Part shown: in pieces, positions 1 through 9,582 of the stretch | Position numbering within the stretch: the stretch's first letter is position 1 | How the letters are laid out: each line of letters starts with the position of its first letter | Source: a virus | Lineage: Duplodnaviria; Caudoviricetes | Virus record (IMG/VR): IMGVR_UViG_3300032270_001022 | Coordinates: 1 to 31,867 of that record | Length of the DNA: 31,867 nt | Direction: 5' to 3' (one strand) | Notes under the pieces: generated by a model | What the model was told of the DNA's origin: nothing | Seen by the model: the letters and a program-made list of their open reading frames with translations, nothing else | Database searches by the model: none | Program-made: the position numbers and the translations under genes

Positions 1-1868
1 AAACGTTTTCCAGCACACCAAACCGTAAAAGAGGTAGATGCTGGTGCTATGGAGAATGTTCTTGTGCCTTCGTTGAACGAAATTACGCTGTCAGCTTTAT
101 TCTCGTGCCCCATCGGCTCGCTGGATGGGCGAACCGCATTAACCCAGTTTGTTCCATCAAATTCGAGTAGTTGACCGTTTGCCGCAGACGTAATTACTGT
201 GTCAGAGATATCATTCAAGCTGATATCGCTCTTCAGAAGGACGTTATTGTATGCACTTCCGTCGTTAGTGAATTCCCAGCGGTCTGTTGACTCATTCCAA
301 CGCATTGATACGTTATCCGAAGTTCCACGCTCTACTTCAATTCCAGAGTTAAGAGTTGGAGATGCTGTGATGCCAGAGTTCAAAACAACTATGTTGTCCT
401 CAACTAAAAGTGTTTCTGTGTTTAGAGTGGTCGTTGTTCCGTTGACTGTAAGGTCGCCGCCAACAACAACATCTCCTGTAGTTTCGAGTCTTCCAAAGGT
501 TACTGAAGCAGAAGTGCCAACTGCTTGGCCAATTGCGATGGTTGCATTTGAACCTTCGCCTGGGGTATGAGTAATCGTTACGCCAGTACCTTGCGTAAGG
601 TCGGACATGTAATTGCCAGTTGTGTCAGTTCCAAGAGCGACGCTATTTGCTTGTATTCCAGTCCAAGCAGTTGTCTGCTCTGTACTGTCAGGGAATGTCA
701 GCGACTTACCCGTTCCTAGAACAACATCTCTATTTAGGGTCAAATTACCCGTTGACGCAAGTTGTCCGATTTCAATGTTTATTGATGCAGAGGTTGATTC
801 AATATTGTTATTAAAGAACTTCAACTGACCAACTTGAAGCTGATTTGCACCGTTAATTTGCAACACGCCATCAGCAACTGTTAGTCCTGCGTTCGCACCA
901 GTAACGTTGTCTGTAATGTTCAGGGTTCCTGGGCCTAAGAAGATATCCGCCCAACGTTTTGCGCTTGTTCCGAGTGTGTAGGTGTTGTGCAACGAAGGAA
1001 CAATGTTTCCAGTAAAAGTTTCAGATGATAAGTCTTGAAACGAAACTGAAGCAGTTGCTAGTCCATCAACAACCAAATCGGTTACGTTTGCGTTGTACCA
1101 GTCAGAACCGTCAAAAGTTAATACATCGTTTTCGTAAGCTGTATCAATATAGACGTTGTCAAGTTCTTCAACTTTTAAGAATTCAGGAGTAAGCGTTACT
1201 TGGACCCAAGTGCTTGAGTAGTAGGTGTAAAGTTCAAGTTCACTTGAGTTGTACCAAAGGTCGCCTTCTTGAACTTCGTCATTTGGAGCCGTATCCGAGA
1301 CCGTAAGGAAGTGGACTGTTTCATTAATCCATGCAGAGGCAGAGGTGCTGTAAGTAAGAATATCCCCGTCTTCAATATCCGAAATTGTTACATCGCCTAC
1401 GTCGTCAAGATTATTGATTGTTGGTATTGACGCCCACTCAACCCCGACTGATGCTGAGCTGTTTGCTTTTAGAAAGTACCCATCAGATCCAACCCCAAGT
1501 CTAAAAAGACCACTGCCGTCGGTGACAAGCAAGTCACCTTTGGTGGTGAGTTTGCTTACAAGCTCATTGGCTTCGTCTGCATCGTTGGCGGTAAATACAG
1601 GGTAAACCTTTGCGCCAATTGAGTGTTCGTAAGCAGTTGTGTCGTCTTGCGCTCTTACAAGAGTTAGCGTATTTCCGCTGATTGTGGCAAGGCATTTTTC
1701 TTCAAACGCGCTTTGAGCCCCAATTACTACATAAAAAGGAACATCTGCCTGAGAAGGCCAGCCGGTCGTGGCAAGGATTGTTACGGAGGTGCCGCCTACC
1801 GTCAACAGCGATGTTGTCGTTGTTGGGACAGCTGATCCAGCGTATTGTCTTCTTTGAAATGCGGCCAT
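1..1868 (-). CDS. Tail fibre / long virion structural protein (partial, runs off left edge; not in ORF track)
   Basis: ATG at 1868 preceded by AGGAG (1874-1878). Frame reads MAAFQRRQYAGSAVPTT... open to position 1 (...TVWCAGKR). It contains typical fibre modules: LDDVGDVTIS..GDILTY..W, APNDEVQEGDLWYNS, GDLTVNGTTTTLNTETLLVEDNIVVLN, GIEVERGT. Confidence 0.85.
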   Translation of the reverse strand, partial: MAAFQRRQYAGSAVPTTTTSLLTVGGTSVTILATTGWPSQADVPFYVVIGAQSAFEEKCLATISGNTLTLVRAQDDTTAYEHSIGAKVYPVFTANDADEANELVSKLTTKGDLLVTDGSGLFRLGVGSDGYFLKANSSASVGVEWASIPTINNLDDVGDVTISDIEDGDILTYSTSASAWINETVHFLTVSDTAPNDEVQEGDLWYNSSELELYTYYSSTWVQVTLTPEFLKVEELDNVYIDTAYENDVLTFDGSDWYNANVTDLVVDGLATASVSFQDLSSETFTGNIVPSLHNTYTLGTSAKRWADIFLGPGTLNITDNVTGANAGLTVADGVLQINGANQLQVGQLKFFNNNIESTSASINIEIGQLASTGNLTLNRDVVLGTGKSLTFPDSTEQTTAWTGIQANSVALGTDTTGNYMSDLTQGTGVTITHTPGEGSNATIAIGQAVGTSASVTFGRLETTGDVVVGGDLTVNGTTTTLNTETLLVEDNIVVLNSGITASPTLNSGIEVERGTSDNVSMRWNESTDRWEFTNDGSAYNNVLLKSDISLNDISDTVITSAANGQLLEFDGTNWVNAVRPSSEPMGHENKADSVISFNEGTRTFSIAPASTSFTVWCAGKR

Positions 1869-1890
1869 GATTACTCCTAGTTTACTTCAT

Positions 1891-4800
1891 TCATTCGATT
1901 ACTGCCTGAATTCCCCAATAGCCAGCGTTTAGTCCAACTGTTGACTCATTAGACCAAGTTGCTGAGCCGCCGCTAGTTCCAGAAGCTTGAGCGATTCTTG
2001 GGAATCCAACTTGTGCAAAGTCACCCGTTGTTGCTCCGCCAGAAGCTCTTACGTCATCATCTATAAACCCAACTTGAGCAAAGTCGCTTGATGTACCATC
2101 TGCAGTTGCTGTTCTTGGTGCTGTATGCAGACCTATTGCGGAGTCCCCAGCTGTTGCTCCACCAGTTCCAGTTATTACTTGAGAGAAACCAACTTGTGCA
2201 AACTCGCTTGAGGTTCCATTTGAAACAGATGTTCTCGCAAATCCAACTTGAGCAAAGTCTCCCGCTGTTGCTCCGCCTGTTGCGGTAGTCGTACGAGCAA
2301 ATCCAACTTGTGCAAACTGTCCGCTACTACCTGATGCTGAAGCAGTTCTTAGAGGCGTGTACACCCTTGTTGATATCGATCCAGATGTTCCGGAAGCGCT
2401 TGCATTGCTCTTTATGGTTCGTAGCGAGGACGTAGATTCTGTTCCTGATCCAGTTGCGCTTGCAGTTCTTGGGGATGTATGCAGCCCAAGAGCATCTCCG
2501 CCGGTAGAGCCATTTCCAGAAGCAGTTGCACCTCTAGGAGATGTGTGCAGTCCGTTTGCTAATTCAGAACTTGAACCAGAAGCAAAAGCCGTTCTCGGTA
2601 TTGTACGGAGTTGCTGTGAATTACTGTTTCCGTTTGCGCTAGCCAATGCAGATCTTGGCGAAGTATGCAAACCATAAGCACCATCACCAGTAGAACCTTG
2701 ACCGTTGGCAATCGCTCCTCTAGGAGATGTATGCCTTCCATTTGCCGACTGTGTTCCTGATCCAGAAGCACTTGCGCTTCGTGGAGAGGTATGAAGGACA
2801 AAGACGGAATCACTTCCAGATCCGCTAGATGTTGCAGTCTTAATAAATCCAACTTGAGCGAATTCGCTGCTGGTTCCAGTTGCTGTTGCGATTTTTGCAA
2901 ATCCAACTTGGGCAAAGTCTCCTACAGTTGCTCCGCCAACTGCTGTTGCTGTCTTAGAGAAACCAACTTGCGCGTATTGAGAACTTGTGCCAGATGCAGA
3001 AGCGCTTCTAGGTGCAGTATGTAAACCAGTGGAGTTCGAATTTGAATTTCCGAACGCGGAACCAGTTCTTGGCGCAGTATGTAGCCCAATAGCGTCACCC
3101 GAAGTTGAACCAGAACCGTTAGCAATTGCGCCTCTTGGAGACGTGTGTTTTCCAGTAGCGGATTCTGTTCCAGTACCATTTGCAGTTGCCGAACGCGGTG
3201 CTGTGTGCAGATAGTTTGCTGAATCTGTTCCGTTTCCATTAGCTGAAGCGCTTCTTGGAGATGTGTGCAATCCGAGTGCATCACCGCCAGTTGATCCATT
3301 TCCATAGGCAATTGCACCTCTAGGCGAAGTGTGTAGACCGAGTGCCACCTCGCTTCCAGATGCCGACGCAGATGCCTGTCTTGGAGCAGTATGCAAATTG
3401 GATGACGTGCTTGATCCAAGTCCGGAGGAAGATGCGGTTCTTGGTGAAATATGTGTCTGGCTTGAGGTTTCGTTAGATTCTCCCGACGCCGACGCAGAAG
3501 CAAGAATCGTGCGCATTTCACTTGAATTTTGCGAACCTACACCAGATGCAGTTGCAGTTCTTTTTGCTGTGAGTGTTTCAAATAGGTACTGCGAAGATTC
3601 ACCTGTAGCACTTGCATTTCTGTAAGAGGTGCGGAGGCCTATTGCTTGATCTCCTGCAGTTGCTCCACCAGAGGCTTCTGCGTTGCGCAATTTACCAAAG
3701 TGGAAACTTACTATTGATGTTGACGATCCACTTGCACTTGCACTTCTAAATCTTGTTACTAGACCATTAGACGACGAATCTCCGTCAGATTGATTTGATC
3801 CATTTCTTGGAACTGTTCGCAGCGTTGATGCACTTGATGAACCGTTTGCGGAATCGCTTGATGTCCGTGGCGACGTGTGCAGCCCGTACGCATTTTCATT
3901 AGAAGAACCATCGGCGGAAGCAGTTCTTGGCAAGACATGGAGTCCGCTTGTTGAGCTGGATCCACTTGCAGCAGCAGAAGCAGAAACAAGAACCGTGCGA
4001 AGTTCGCTTGTATTTGAAGATCCGCTACCTTCAGCGCTAGCCTGCCTTGGCGATGTGTGTAGTCCAGTAGCTCCATCGCCAGTAGAACCATTTCCTTCTG
4101 CGGTTGCACCTCTAGGAGATACATGAAGACCGATTGCAGAAGATCCTCCAACTGCAGAAGCAGAAGCGCTTCTTGGTGCTGTATGGAGTCCTGTTGCACC
4201 ACCACCAGTGGAACCATTGCCGGATGCAGAAGCACCTCTTGGCGAAGTGTGGATCTCGCTTGAACTATCAGAAGACTGTCCTGAAGAACTGGCAGTCCTA
4301 GGCAACGTGTGTATCTGCGCTGATGATTCAGAAGACTGCCCTGCGGCAAATGCAGCTCTTGGCAAAATATGTATTGAAGACGAAAATTCGTTTCCGCTTC
4401 CAGAAGCACTTGCTGTTCTTAGTGAAACATGCAATCCATTAGCTGATTCAGAACCGATTCCAGCAACGCTCGCACTTCTCGGTGCAGTGTGCAGCCCTGT
4501 TGCGTCTCCACCGGTTGAGCCGTTTCCTGATGCAGATCCGTCTCTTGGTGAAGTACGAAGCTCAAACGACAACTCAGAAGACTGGCCAGCAGCGGAAGCA
4601 GTTCTTGGTGAAACATGAAGACCAATAGCAGAATCGCCAGTGTCTGCTCCACCAGATCCTGTTCCTGATCTGATGTTGTTATGCAACGTTGTATTGCTTG
4701 ATGATCCTTCGCCAAATCCTGAACCAACAACAAAAACTGTTCTAAGTTGAGAAACAGAGCTTTCGCCTTCACCGCTAGCGTTTGCATTTCTTGGAGATGT

Positions 4801-5784
4801 ATGGAGTTTCGTTGAGCTTGATTCTCCATTACCATTTGCACTTGCAGACCTTGGTGATGTATGTAGAGAAGTGGATGTTTCCTGGCCATCGCCACTTGTT
4901 GTTGCTGCTCTTGGTGACGTGTGCAATTTAATTGCTGTTTGATTAGACGATCCACTTGCACTCGCATTTCTTGGCGAGGTGTGAAGACCAAACACTGTTT
5001 CGCTTCCAGATCCAGCTGCACTTGCTGTCCTCGGAGATGTATGAAGTCCAATCGCTTGGTCTCCAGTTGTAGATGATCCAGAGCCCTGTGCTGAACGCTT
5101 ATTATTATGTAGGGTCGCATTAGACGAAGAACCGAGTCCACTTCCAGATGCAGTTTTGATGTTTGTGTGTAGGAATGAAGAATTGCTTTCGCCAGAACCA
5201 GAATCAGTTGCGGTTCTAGGGGAGGTATGAAGCCCAAAGGCCGACTCTTCACCGTTACCTGATCCGGTAACACTTCGTGGCGAGATGATTAATCTGTATG
5301 CTGATTCGCTGGAAGATCCATTTGCCGAAGCAGTTCTTGGCGCAGTGTGAAGAACAGTTACAGAAGAGCCACCAGTTGCACTTCCTGTTGCAGTGTGATA
5401 CAGGGTTCTGGCTTGTGTTGAAGACTCTGATCCAGATGCGCTTCCAGTTGCAGATCTTGGAGCCGTATGTAGAACGCCGGCATAGTCTCCTGCTGTTGCC
5501 GATCCACTTCCCTGACCGGTTCGAATATTGTTGTGCAGGGTCGAGTTAAATGAGCCGCCTTGTCCAGATGACGATGCAGCACGGAAGACGTATCTCGTGC
5601 TTTCTGAACTTGATGTTGATGAACCACTTGCCGAAGCAGTACGCAATGAAGTGCGAAGCGCATTGGCAGAAGAGGAACTGCTGGCGTCACCAGTCGCTGC
5701 CCTGGATACAACACTGTATCCAAGGTAGAACGGACTGGAGTCTCTGAACGGTTCAGAGAACCCAAATACATGAGGATTCGACAT
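1891..5784 (-). CDS. 1297-aa Ser/Gly/Ala/Thr-rich tandem-repeat protein, probable virion fibre/whisker
   Basis: Single long ORF among fibre genes, made of roughly 60 units of 20 or 22 aa anchored on LH(T/V)(S/A)PR, switching to FAQVGF-anchored units near the C-terminus. The function is inferred from context. Confidence 0.8.
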   Translation of the reverse strand: MSNPHVFGFSEPFRDSSPFYLGYSVVSRAATGDASSSSSANALRTSLRTASASGSSTSSSESTRYVFRAASSSGQGGSFNSTLHNNIRTGQGSGSATAGDYAGVLHTAPRSATGSASGSESSTQARTLYHTATGSATGGSSVTVLHTAPRTASANGSSSESAYRLIISPRSVTGSGNGEESAFGLHTSPRTATDSGSGESNSSFLHTNIKTASGSGLGSSSNATLHNNKRSAQGSGSSTTGDQAIGLHTSPRTASAAGSGSETVFGLHTSPRNASASGSSNQTAIKLHTSPRAATTSGDGQETSTSLHTSPRSASANGNGESSSTKLHTSPRNANASGEGESSVSQLRTVFVVGSGFGEGSSSNTTLHNNIRSGTGSGGADTGDSAIGLHVSPRTASAAGQSSELSFELRTSPRDGSASGNGSTGGDATGLHTAPRSASVAGIGSESANGLHVSLRTASASGSGNEFSSSIHILPRAAFAAGQSSESSAQIHTLPRTASSSGQSSDSSSEIHTSPRGASASGNGSTGGGATGLHTAPRSASASAVGGSSAIGLHVSPRGATAEGNGSTGDGATGLHTSPRQASAEGSGSSNTSELRTVLVSASAAASGSSSTSGLHVLPRTASADGSSNENAYGLHTSPRTSSDSANGSSSASTLRTVPRNGSNQSDGDSSSNGLVTRFRSASASGSSTSIVSFHFGKLRNAEASGGATAGDQAIGLRTSYRNASATGESSQYLFETLTAKRTATASGVGSQNSSEMRTILASASASGESNETSSQTHISPRTASSSGLGSSTSSNLHTAPRQASASASGSEVALGLHTSPRGAIAYGNGSTGGDALGLHTSPRSASANGNGTDSANYLHTAPRSATANGTGTESATGKHTSPRGAIANGSGSTSGDAIGLHTAPRTGSAFGNSNSNSTGLHTAPRSASASGTSSQYAQVGFSKTATAVGGATVGDFAQVGFAKIATATGTSSEFAQVGFIKTATSSGSGSDSVFVLHTSPRSASASGSGTQSANGRHTSPRGAIANGQGSTGDGAYGLHTSPRSALASANGNSNSQQLRTIPRTAFASGSSSELANGLHTSPRGATASGNGSTGGDALGLHTSPRTASATGSGTESTSSLRTIKSNASASGTSGSISTRVYTPLRTASASGSSGQFAQVGFARTTTATGGATAGDFAQVGFARTSVSNGTSSEFAQVGFSQVITGTGGATAGDSAIGLHTAPRTATADGTSSDFAQVGFIDDDVRASGGATTGDFAQVGFPRIAQASGTSGGSATWSNESTVGLNAGYWGIQAVIE
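1960..5680 (-). repeat. Degenerate coding tandem repeat, 60/66-nt period
   Basis: Recurring plus-strand words such as cttggagatgtatg / cttggtgctgtatg and ccaacttgtgcaaa / ccaacttgagcaaa encode LHTSPR/LHTAPR and FAQVG. Confidence 0.85.
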
Positions 5785-5804
5785 GAGGGGTTAACCCCCT
5801 TAAA

Positions 5805-6173
5805 TCAGTCGAGGGTCAGTGTGAGCGAGGTAATCTCGAAAGTGTCACCTGCGGTAACTGAAGCGCTTGAAGAAAGCTGACCGAACCAAAGTGCGGTTCC
5901 GCTTGTTGCGGCATCCCACATTGACCAGTGAGTGTAAACCTCGGTTGCAGCAACGTTTGTCCAGACAACAGAATCGTTAGAAGCCTTTGAGCCGCCTGAT
6001 GCTGGATCAAATGTGACAGCAATGCGATCTGTTTCTGATGCAACGCTTGCGGTGCAATCTTCGCCAGGGTTGCCCGTGTGAAGTTGGAGATAAGTTCCTG
6101 AAGCTGAATAAGTCGAGCCAACGCCGTCCAAGGAGTCAAGCCAGAGGTTTTCAAGTGAATTTGATATTGTCAT
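5805..6173 (-). CDS. Small phage tail/fibre-associated protein (YLQLHTGNPG...THWSMWDAATSG...GDTF family)
   Basis: Matches the widespread ~120-aa minor tail protein pattern (LHTGDPG, ITH..IWDA.T.G..L..G.L, GDTF) that usually precedes long fibre genes. Confidence 0.7.
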   Translation of the reverse strand: MTISNSLENLWLDSLDGVGSTYSASGTYLQLHTGNPGEDCTASVASETDRIAVTFDPASGGSKASNDSVVWTNVAATEVYTHWSMWDAATSGTALWFGQLSSSASVTAGDTFEITSLTLTLD

Positions 6174-6221
6174 GTCATTGACGCTTTCTACGAGGCTCCG
6201 GCATTCACCGGCTCGCCTACA

Positions 6222-6230
6222 AGAATAACA
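6222..6230 (-). promoter_or_regulatory. Putative extended -10 promoter TGTTATTCT
   Basis: TGn+TANNNT in the intergenic gap ahead of 6173. The leader contains a small AGGC..CCGG/CCGG..GCCT hairpin. Confidence 0.45.
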
Positions 6231-6242
6231 TAGACGCGATTT

Positions 6243-6680
6243 TTACGGCGTTAGTTCTATCTGTACCGTTAGATCGGAGCCAGCAAATACTGAACCGATT
6301 TGATCAATGTCTACAGATAAGTAACTTCCAGTCGTCAATTCTGTTACAGCAGGTGTGGCAGTTGGACACGTAACCTGACCCGAAAATATTTTTGGGCGGT
6401 TTGCCTGATTTGTAAAAACAGTTGTGCCGTTCAAGTTGACATCAATAATAATGTCACCACCGGCTGGAGCCGTCGCAACCGAGGCTCTTACGTTGCTCAA
6501 CGTTATGGGGCCAGGTATGTAGAAACGAGCCCTGCCGGTTCCAGTGTTTAGAACTCCTGGGACAGTAAAAACCTGCACTTGGTACAGGAATTGTTGAACA
6601 CCCGGAGCCCTTGTTGTTGTGATGACGATCTGATTTGGTACATCATTAGACGTGACTACCTGAACTATGTTTGACGTCAT
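6243..6680 (-). CDS. Virion structural beta-sandwich protein
   Basis: Motif TGTGRARFY.PG.ITL.NVRASV.TAP.G..IIIDVN.NGTTVF...SVDIDQIGS..AG.DLTV, common in phage fibre/decoration domains. ATGA overlap with the upstream gene. Confidence 0.65.
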   Translation of the reverse strand: MTSNIVQVVTSNDVPNQIVITTTRAPGVQQFLYQVQVFTVPGVLNTGTGRARFYIPGPITLSNVRASVATAPAGGDIIIDVNLNGTTVFTNQANRPKIFSGQVTCPTATPAVTELTTGSYLSVDIDQIGSVFAGSDLTVQIELTP

Positions 6681-7069
6681 CGCGTTACCTCGTGGGTTAG
6701 GGTAAACGTTCCTTGAAGTATTCTGTCTACTTCATTTGTCGGTGAAATTATCTCAAGGTCATAAAACCCAGAAGTGAAAGGGTTATTTTCAGTCGACATA
6801 TCCCTTGTATCTTCAGCTCTAATAAAAAACTGGATTGTCCCAGCAGCACCGCCGAGAGTCAACCGATTGTTTTCCGTTGTCAGAGTTATGACTGGGGTTG
6901 CTGATTCTATGTATTTCCTGACCTGCATTCTTGCCGTATAACCAGTGAGGTCCCAATTCAAATATGTGGGATCAGTTGGAATACTGTCTGGATCTGGATA
7001 GCGCAAAGTGGCAAGCGTGTCAAAAGTCGAGCCCTGTTGGCAAGTAATGTTGTAAACTCCAGCAATCAT
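6677..7069 (-). CDS. Fibre-attachment / collar adaptor protein (LtfC/BppU-like beta-sandwich)
   Basis: YNI.C.QGSTF...DLTGYTARMQVR...GTI...YDLEI...V.RILQGTF.L..EVTR pattern; GGGAG upstream. Confidence 0.7.
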   Translation of the reverse strand: MIAGVYNITCQQGSTFDTLATLRYPDPDSIPTDPTYLNWDLTGYTARMQVRKYIESATPVITLTTENNRLTLGGAAGTIQFFIRAEDTRDMSTENNPFTSGFYDLEIISPTNEVDRILQGTFTLTHEVTR

Positions 7070-7175
7070 TAATATCTCCCGAATAAGCCCATCATTGATT
7101 GTAGATTAGAAACCGCTTGCTTGAGAGAAGTAATTGATTGCAACAAATCTGTGAATCTATTTACATTGTCATGAG

Positions 7176-7184
7176 TGATATATT
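7176..7184 (+). promoter_or_regulatory. Putative extended -10 promoter TGATATATT of the glycan cassette (divergent from TACAAT at 7098-7103 on minus strand)
   Basis: TGn+TANNNT just ahead of in-frame GTG 7193 / TTG 7202. Confidence 0.4.
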
Positions 7185-7192
7185 CCATTGGA

Positions 7193-8305
7193 GTGAATAA
7201 CTTGAAAAAAAGATCAACCATTGGTTATCTGACAACAGACTGGGCATGGGGTACTGACCCCCTGCAACCAAACGGCTGCGCATGGTATAGATGCGCCCTG
7301 CCGTCACGTGAACTGCAAAAGCACGGATGGGTAACCTCCATGGGTCTTCCTGGGTTCAGTAAAGACAAGGGTTTTGGCATCTTGACAGGGGACAAGCAAG
7401 CAATACATGGATGGGACATTGTTTTTTTTAAGTTAATAATGAGCCGCGATGCGCTTGAAGCAATGCCTTTGGCTCAGGCGCTTGGTCAAAAAATTGTTGT
7501 TGACATTGATGATTGGTTTGAAGGACTGCACCCAAGCAATAAGGCCTATGAATCTACCGATCCAAAAAAGAATCCTGAAAACAATAGAGATATTTACGCT
7601 CAAATAATAATGCAAGCAGATGCTGTTATCACTTCTACAAATTTTTTATTTGATTATTATTCGCAAAAACGGAAAAATGTATTTCTAGTTAAAAACGGTA
7701 TTGATATTGATACGAAAAATATTAGATGGAAGAAAAAAGTTCCAAGACTGCACGCACACAGAACCAATGTTGGCTGGGTGGGTGCAACTCCATGGAGATC
7801 TGGAGACCTAGAAATCATGGCACCATTTTTGGGTGATTGGTTGAATTCTAGAAAAGCAAACTTTATTCACTCAGGGCACACCAAAAATGGAGCGCCCACT
7901 GCCGCTAGCCAGCTAAGTATCAACGAAGATGCAGTAAAAACCTACCCCCTAGTTCCAATATATGACTATCCACAGCTTTTTAGTAAAATAGATGTAGGCA
8001 TAGTTCCGCTAAATGACATTCCTTTCAACCATGCAAAGTCTTATATAAAAGGACTTGAATACGCTGCTTCGGGGATACCTTTTATTTCTTCTTATTCCCC
8101 AGAATATCAAGAGTTAGCAGATCTTGGAATTGGCAGGATTGCAAAGACACAGGAAGATTGGATATACCACCTAGATGAACTACGTTTTCCTTCAATAAGG
8201 AAAGATGAAGCCACTCACAATTCAAGCCTATTGCAAAATTTCTCAATGGAGGAAAGAGGCAAAGACTGGAACGCCACAATGAAATATATTTTGGAAAACA
8301 TATAG
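7193..8305 (+). CDS. GT-B fold glycosyltransferase (GT4-like)
   Basis: GCAWYRC..P, KIVVDIDD, ADAVITST..L, VGWVG, DVGIVPL...PFN.AKS.IK.LEYAA.GIPFI.S motifs. Start uncertain (7175 GTG, 7193 GTG or 7202 TTG after GGAG). Confidence 0.85.
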   Translation: MNNLKKRSTIGYLTTDWAWGTDPLQPNGCAWYRCALPSRELQKHGWVTSMGLPGFSKDKGFGILTGDKQAIHGWDIVFFKLIMSRDALEAMPLAQALGQKIVVDIDDWFEGLHPSNKAYESTDPKKNPENNRDIYAQIIMQADAVITSTNFLFDYYSQKRKNVFLVKNGIDIDTKNIRWKKKVPRLHAHRTNVGWVGATPWRSGDLEIMAPFLGDWLNSRKANFIHSGHTKNGAPTAASQLSINEDAVKTYPLVPIYDYPQLFSKIDVGIVPLNDIPFNHAKSYIKGLEYAASGIPFISSYSPEYQELADLGIGRIAKTQEDWIYHLDELRFPSIRKDEATHNSSLLQNFSMEERGKDWNATMKYILENI

Positions 8306-8314
8306 GAGAAACTC

Positions 8315-9025
8315 ATGATAACAATATGCACAACAGTCGCAGCATTCGTCATGGATAACGAAGACCATTGGGGTTCGTGGATGAAGAATGCAGAAAAAGT
8401 GAAAGAGAATTATCAGCATTTTGGGGACTGGACAGATGTTCAGTATTTCGCAGCAATACAAATTGACTCAAGAGGAATCGAGCCTTTTAAGCCATTTACT
8501 GATCGACTTGAATCAATTGGTGGAACGTACTGGACCTACTCTCTTGACGACGGTAGAACTGAAGTAAATACCAAGAACAGAGTTAGGCATATTGTTGTTG
8601 GTCAGAATTTATGCAATGATTTTTCAATGTCAAACCCTGCATGCACGCATATGCTTTTTATGGCTGCCGATTGCATGCCGCCAGATGAAATCTTGCCAAA
8701 AATGCTAGAAATGAATCATCCGTTGTGTGCTCCATACATAACAACTTACGGGCTACGTGGTCCAGTTGTTGAAAAGTATCCATATCCGGTAATGGATGCG
8801 ATGGCTTCTGCTGCCGCAATATTCATGGATAGAAGCATTTTTTCGGGAATACGTTGGAGATGGGATATGGATAAAAACATGTCAGACGACCCATCTTTCC
8901 ATCATGATGCTATTCACTACATGAATACGGCAACATACGTAAGAGAAGATTGCATAGCTATACATTTTCCAGAAGCAGTAGGTGCAATAGAGACAAGAGG
9001 TCACGACATGACGGTTTACAGATGA
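8315..9025 (+). CDS. GT-A fold (GT2-like) glycosyltransferase with degenerate DxD motif
   Basis: AGGAG RBS. THMLFMAAD...P.EIL.KML, AIFMDRSIF, SDD..F and TYVRED..AIH follow the order of phage GT-A motifs (hhFhDxD, hh.R.hF, xED, H). Confidence 0.6.
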   Translation: MITICTTVAAFVMDNEDHWGSWMKNAEKVKENYQHFGDWTDVQYFAAIQIDSRGIEPFKPFTDRLESIGGTYWTYSLDDGRTEVNTKNRVRHIVVGQNLCNDFSMSNPACTHMLFMAADCMPPDEILPKMLEMNHPLCAPYITTYGLRGPVVEKYPYPVMDAMASAAAIFMDRSIFSGIRWRWDMDKNMSDDPSFHHDAIHYMNTATYVREDCIAIHFPEAVGAIETRGHDMTVYR

Positions 9026-9582
9026 TAAAGAAACTGAGAGAATTTCACTCTGCTAAAAAATTGAGGGAAATTTACTCGACACCGCACGACCATCAGATTT
9101 ACGGGCGTGGTCACGGTATAAGGGTTGACACGACAATATCTTTACTCAAAGACATGGCGTATCAGGCTCAAGCAAAGTCGGTAGCGGACCTGAGTTGTGG
9201 GAATGGATTAATAGCTAAATCACTTAATCTTGACAATACGATTCTTGGTGATTTTGCTAAAACCTATGAATACTCTGGGCCCTTAGAAAAAAACATTTTA
9301 AAAATACCAAATGTTGATGTCTATGTGTGTTCGGAAAGCATCGAGCACGTCGAGGATCCAGGCATGGTGCTGTCCTTAATAAGAGAGAAATCAAAGACTC
9401 TGGTTCTGTCAACCCCAATAGACGCATGGTACGACACTAATGAAGAGCATTACTGGGCATGGAATAGGCAAGGCGTAGAAACTCTCCTTAAAAATGCTGG
9501 TTGGGTTCCAGATGTATTCATCATGCTGGATACAACGGTTTTTGGAGAACCATACATATACGGAATGTGGGGATGCAAATGA
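9022..9582 (+). CDS. Class I SAM-dependent methyltransferase
   Basis: SVADLSCGNG (motif I), DVYVCSESIEHVEDP, LVLSTP. Start reassigned to ATG 9022, which overlaps the upstream stop (ATGA). Confidence 0.85.
   Translation: MIKKLREFHSAKKLREIYSTPHDHQIYGRGHGIRVDTTISLLKDMAYQAQAKSVADLSCGNGLIAKSLNLDNTILGDFAKTYEYSGPLEKNILKIPNVDVYVCSESIEHVEDPGMVLSLIREKSKTLVLSTPIDAWYDTNEEHYWAWNRQGVETLLKNAGWVPDVFIMLDTTVFGEPYIYGMWGCK

Noticed and set aside
1960-5680. Periodic ~60-nt repeats resembling a CRISPR array or DGR template/variable repeats
   Set aside because: The repeats are degenerate at third codon positions, in frame within one ORF, with no identical direct repeat and spacer structure. No cas or reverse transcriptase gene is in the window.
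8950-9578. Track start sites 8950 and 9501 (also 10682 for the holin)
   Set aside because: Downstream ATGs at 9022 and 9579 give ATGA coupling and begin at the domain boundary; holin ATG 10658 has the AAGGAG RBS.
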